Origin: Clostridiales bacterium
GTDB lineage: Bacteria > Bacillota > Clostridia > Oscillospirales > Ruminococcaceae
DNA: 64,000 nucleotides
Assembly (NCBI GenBank): GCA_012519635.1
Contig: JAAYPV010000101.1
Coordinates: 28-64,027, forward strand
Reading direction: 5' to 3'
Shown here one piece after another: positions 61,833-64,000 of this stretch (positions within the stretch are counted from its first letter, which is position 1; every line of letters begins with the position of its first letter). Both the position numbers and the translations under genes were made by a program. The notes beneath the pieces were generated by a model. It did not search any database and had not been told where the DNA came from. It saw only the letters and a program-made list of their open reading frames with translations.

Positions 61833-62100
61833 ACTATTCCTCCTTAATAATTTTTATAGTGTAATTATACCATAATATTGATTTAAGTCAATAATAAATT
61901 TCAAAAAAAGTTAAAATATCTTAGTTATAGTATACATTTTTTTAAAATAAAGAAATTACTATTTACAGGTTATGTTTAATTAAAATTAAGGTATTGTAAA
62001 GTAATAAAATTTATGATAAAATAAAGTGCAGATGAAATTATGTGGGGTATTATGGGAATAATAAATAATATTAATAAAATAAAATTTCATTTGCAATTTA

Positions 62101-62143
62101 TTAGTATTATGGTATAATACTAATTGGTATAATTACTACTTAT
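62101..62143 (+). promoter_or_regulatory. Tandem extended -10 elements upstream of the phosphohexomutase gene
   Basis: TTGCAA (62101-62106), 16 nt, TGGTATAAT (62120-62128). A second identical TGGTATAAT lies at 62135-62143. Confidence 0.45.
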
Positions 62144-62171
62144 TATCGGATATATTGGAGGATTATATACT

Positions 62172-63887
62172 ATGAATGTTCAAGAATTGTACAAGCTATG
62201 GTTAGAAAAAGCTGTAGAAGATGGGGATTTGCAAACTGAGTTAAAATCCATTGCTGGAAATGAGAATGAAATAAATGATAGATTTTATCGTAGTCTCGAG
62301 TTTGGTACTGGTGGATTAAGAGGTGTAATCGGTGCGGGAACAAACAGGCTTAATATATACACAATAAGGCGTGCAACACAGGGATTAGCTGATTATGTAA
62401 ATGAGGCTTTTAAAAATCCATCTGTAGCAATTGCGTATGATAGTAGAATTAAATCCGATGTTTTTGCAAAAAATGCAGCGGGCGTTTTGGCCGCAAATGG
62501 TATTAAGGTGTATATTTATTCAGAGTTAATGCCAACTCCTATGCTATCATTTGCTGTAAGGGAATTGAAATGCGATGCAGGTATTGTTATTACCGCAAGT
62601 CATAATCCTGCAAAATATAATGGATATAAGGTTTATGGCGATGACGGTTGCCAGATGACCCTTGAAGCTGCTGAAATTGTTTTAAATAAAATAAACGCAG
62701 TTGATATGTTTGATGGTGTTAAGATTGTGCAGTTTGAAGATGGTTTAGCAAACGGTATGATTGAATATATTAAGGACGATGTCTTGGAGGCATACTATAA
62801 TAATGTAATTGCACAAGGCATTAATGTTGACTTATGTGCGACAAGCGGTCTAAAGGTTGTTTACACTCCATTGAATGGTTCTGGAAACAAGCCTGTTCGC
62901 AACATATTGAATAAAATAGGAATAAAAGATATAGTTGTTGTAGCTGAACAGGAGAACCCTGACGGAAACTTTACTACATGTCCATATCCTAACCCTGAAA
63001 TAAAAGAGGCTTTGGATTTAGGTTTAAAATTATGTGAAAAGGAAAAGCCTGACCTATTGCTTGCAACTGACCCTGATTGTGATAGGGTAGGAATAGCTGT
63101 TCCGTCCGGTGATGGCTATGAATTGTTTACGGGTAATGAAGTTGGTGCGATGCTTTTAGAATATATCTGCAGTGAAAGAACATGCAGAGGAACAATGCCT
63201 AAGAATCCAGTTACTGTTAAAACGATTGTTACAACTGATTTGGTTAAGGCTATTGCTAAGGAGTATAATGTAGAGGTTATTGAAGTTCTTACTGGTTTCA
63301 AATTTATCGGTGAGCAGATTGGTTTCCTTGAGGACAAGGGTGAGGAAAGCAGATATATATTTGGATTTGAAGAGAGTTATGGTTATCTTGCGGGTACCTA
63401 TGTACGCGATAAAGATGCTGTAGTTGCGTCGATGTTGATATGCGAAATGGCTGCTTTTTATAGAACGAAAGGTATTTCAATGATACAGGCAAGAGATAAT
63501 CTGTACAAGAAATATGGAGTATATGTTCATACTCAGCAGAGCTTTACTTGTGAAGGCAAAACTGGTATGGAGAAAATGAAAGAAATAATGACTGGTCTTC
63601 GTGAAAATCCTCCTGCTGAAATAGGTGGATTGAAGGTTACAAAAATTTCTGACTATATAAAGAGTGTGTCCGTTGATACTCAAACTGGAGAGCAGACGCA
63701 AATAACACTTCCAAAGTCAGATGTTTTGGTGTTCGAACTAACAGGTGGTGCAAGTGCGATTATTAGGCCATCGGGAACAGAGCCTAAGATTAAGGTGTAT
63801 TATACAACAACAGGTGCTGAAAAAGCTTCGGCACAAAATCTAGAGAAGGAAATTTCAAAGGATTTTCAGAAAATTTTGGGGTTTTAA
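62172..63887 (+). CDS. pgcA: Alpha-phosphohexomutase (PgcA-like phosphoglucomutase/phosphomannomutase)
   Basis: Active-site TASHNPAKYNGYKVY, LEFGTGGLRG, DPDCDR metal loop. N-terminus is colinear with B. subtilis PgcA. Confidence 0.9.
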   Translation: MNVQELYKLWLEKAVEDGDLQTELKSIAGNENEINDRFYRSLEFGTGGLRGVIGAGTNRLNIYTIRRATQGLADYVNEAFKNPSVAIAYDSRIKSDVFAKNAAGVLAANGIKVYIYSELMPTPMLSFAVRELKCDAGIVITASHNPAKYNGYKVYGDDGCQMTLEAAEIVLNKINAVDMFDGVKIVQFEDGLANGMIEYIKDDVLEAYYNNVIAQGINVDLCATSGLKVVYTPLNGSGNKPVRNILNKIGIKDIVVVAEQENPDGNFTTCPYPNPEIKEALDLGLKLCEKEKPDLLLATDPDCDRVGIAVPSGDGYELFTGNEVGAMLLEYICSERTCRGTMPKNPVTVKTIVTTDLVKAIAKEYNVEVIEVLTGFKFIGEQIGFLEDKGEESRYIFGFEESYGYLAGTYVRDKDAVVASMLICEMAAFYRTKGISMIQARDNLYKKYGVYVHTQQSFTCEGKTGMEKMKEIMTGLRENPPAEIGGLKVTKISDYIKSVSVDTQTGEQTQITLPKSDVLVFELTGGASAIIRPSGTEPKIKVYYTTTGAEKASAQNLEKEISKDFQKILGF

Positions 63888-63903
63888 ATATAATATTATA
63901 AAA

Positions 63904-63945
63904 TTTAAGCGGCTTTAATTTTTTAAAGTCGCTTAAATTGTTTCA
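63904..63945 (+). terminator. Rho-independent terminator after pgcA
   Basis: 15-bp stem tttaagcggctttaa / ttaaagtcgcttaaa (one wobble), 4-nt loop, T-rich tail. Confidence 0.75.
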
Positions 63946-64000
63946 TTTTAAAGAAAATTAATATAAAATCAACAAAAACCGATAAAAATAAATAAAAAAA

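Noticed and set aside
61462-61875. 137-aa + strand ORF.
   Set aside because: It is antisense to the CBM22 region of the GH10 xylanase and runs through that gene's RBS and start, so it is a shadow ORF.

Overview
This is an AT-rich, low-GC Firmicutes (Clostridia) chromosomal segment. The secreted glycoside hydrolases carry dockerins, which suggests a cellulosome-producing, Ruminococcus/Oscillospiraceae-like organism; that taxon call is inference only. There are three blocks.

(1) About 1.5-37.5 kb is almost entirely housekeeping and co-directional on the + strand. It holds the conserved rpsB-tsf-pyrH-frr-uppS-cdsA-dxr-rseP-ispG-polC cluster and a complete hisZGDCBHAFIE operon. After these come a cysteine-rich orphan gene plus yunB, ligA-gatCAB, a paaK-iorA-iorB-yjbR-(frameshifted ppnP)-paaK arylpyruvate/arylacetate module, and a class B PBP.

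(2) About 37.5-46.5 kb and 59.5-64 kb hold dockerin-bearing plant-cell-wall enzymes: a GH26 mannanase, a GH5 mannanase-like enzyme and a CBM22-CBM22-GH10 xylanase. They are interspersed with eno, a P-loop nucleoside-kinase-like gene, an SDR epimerase, metY, parE/parC and a pgcA-like phosphohexomutase.

(3) 46.5-53.5 kb on the minus strand is the most interesting part. It is a tightly packed six-gene operon: MBOAT O-acyltransferase, DHHW-motif extracytoplasmic protein, FkbH-type HAD-IIIC/GNAT-like protein, small acyl carrier protein, LytTR response regulator and AgrC-type histidine kinase. It looks like a Dlt-like, carrier-protein-dependent envelope modification pathway in which the DltA ligase is replaced by an FkbH-type loader. 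To my knowledge this arrangement is uncharacterised.

I found one tRNA-Thr(GGU). I recognised no rRNA, CRISPR array, transposase, integrase or phage genes. All ORF-track 5' ends were re-examined, and several were shortened to the first start codon with a Shine-Dalgarno sequence.
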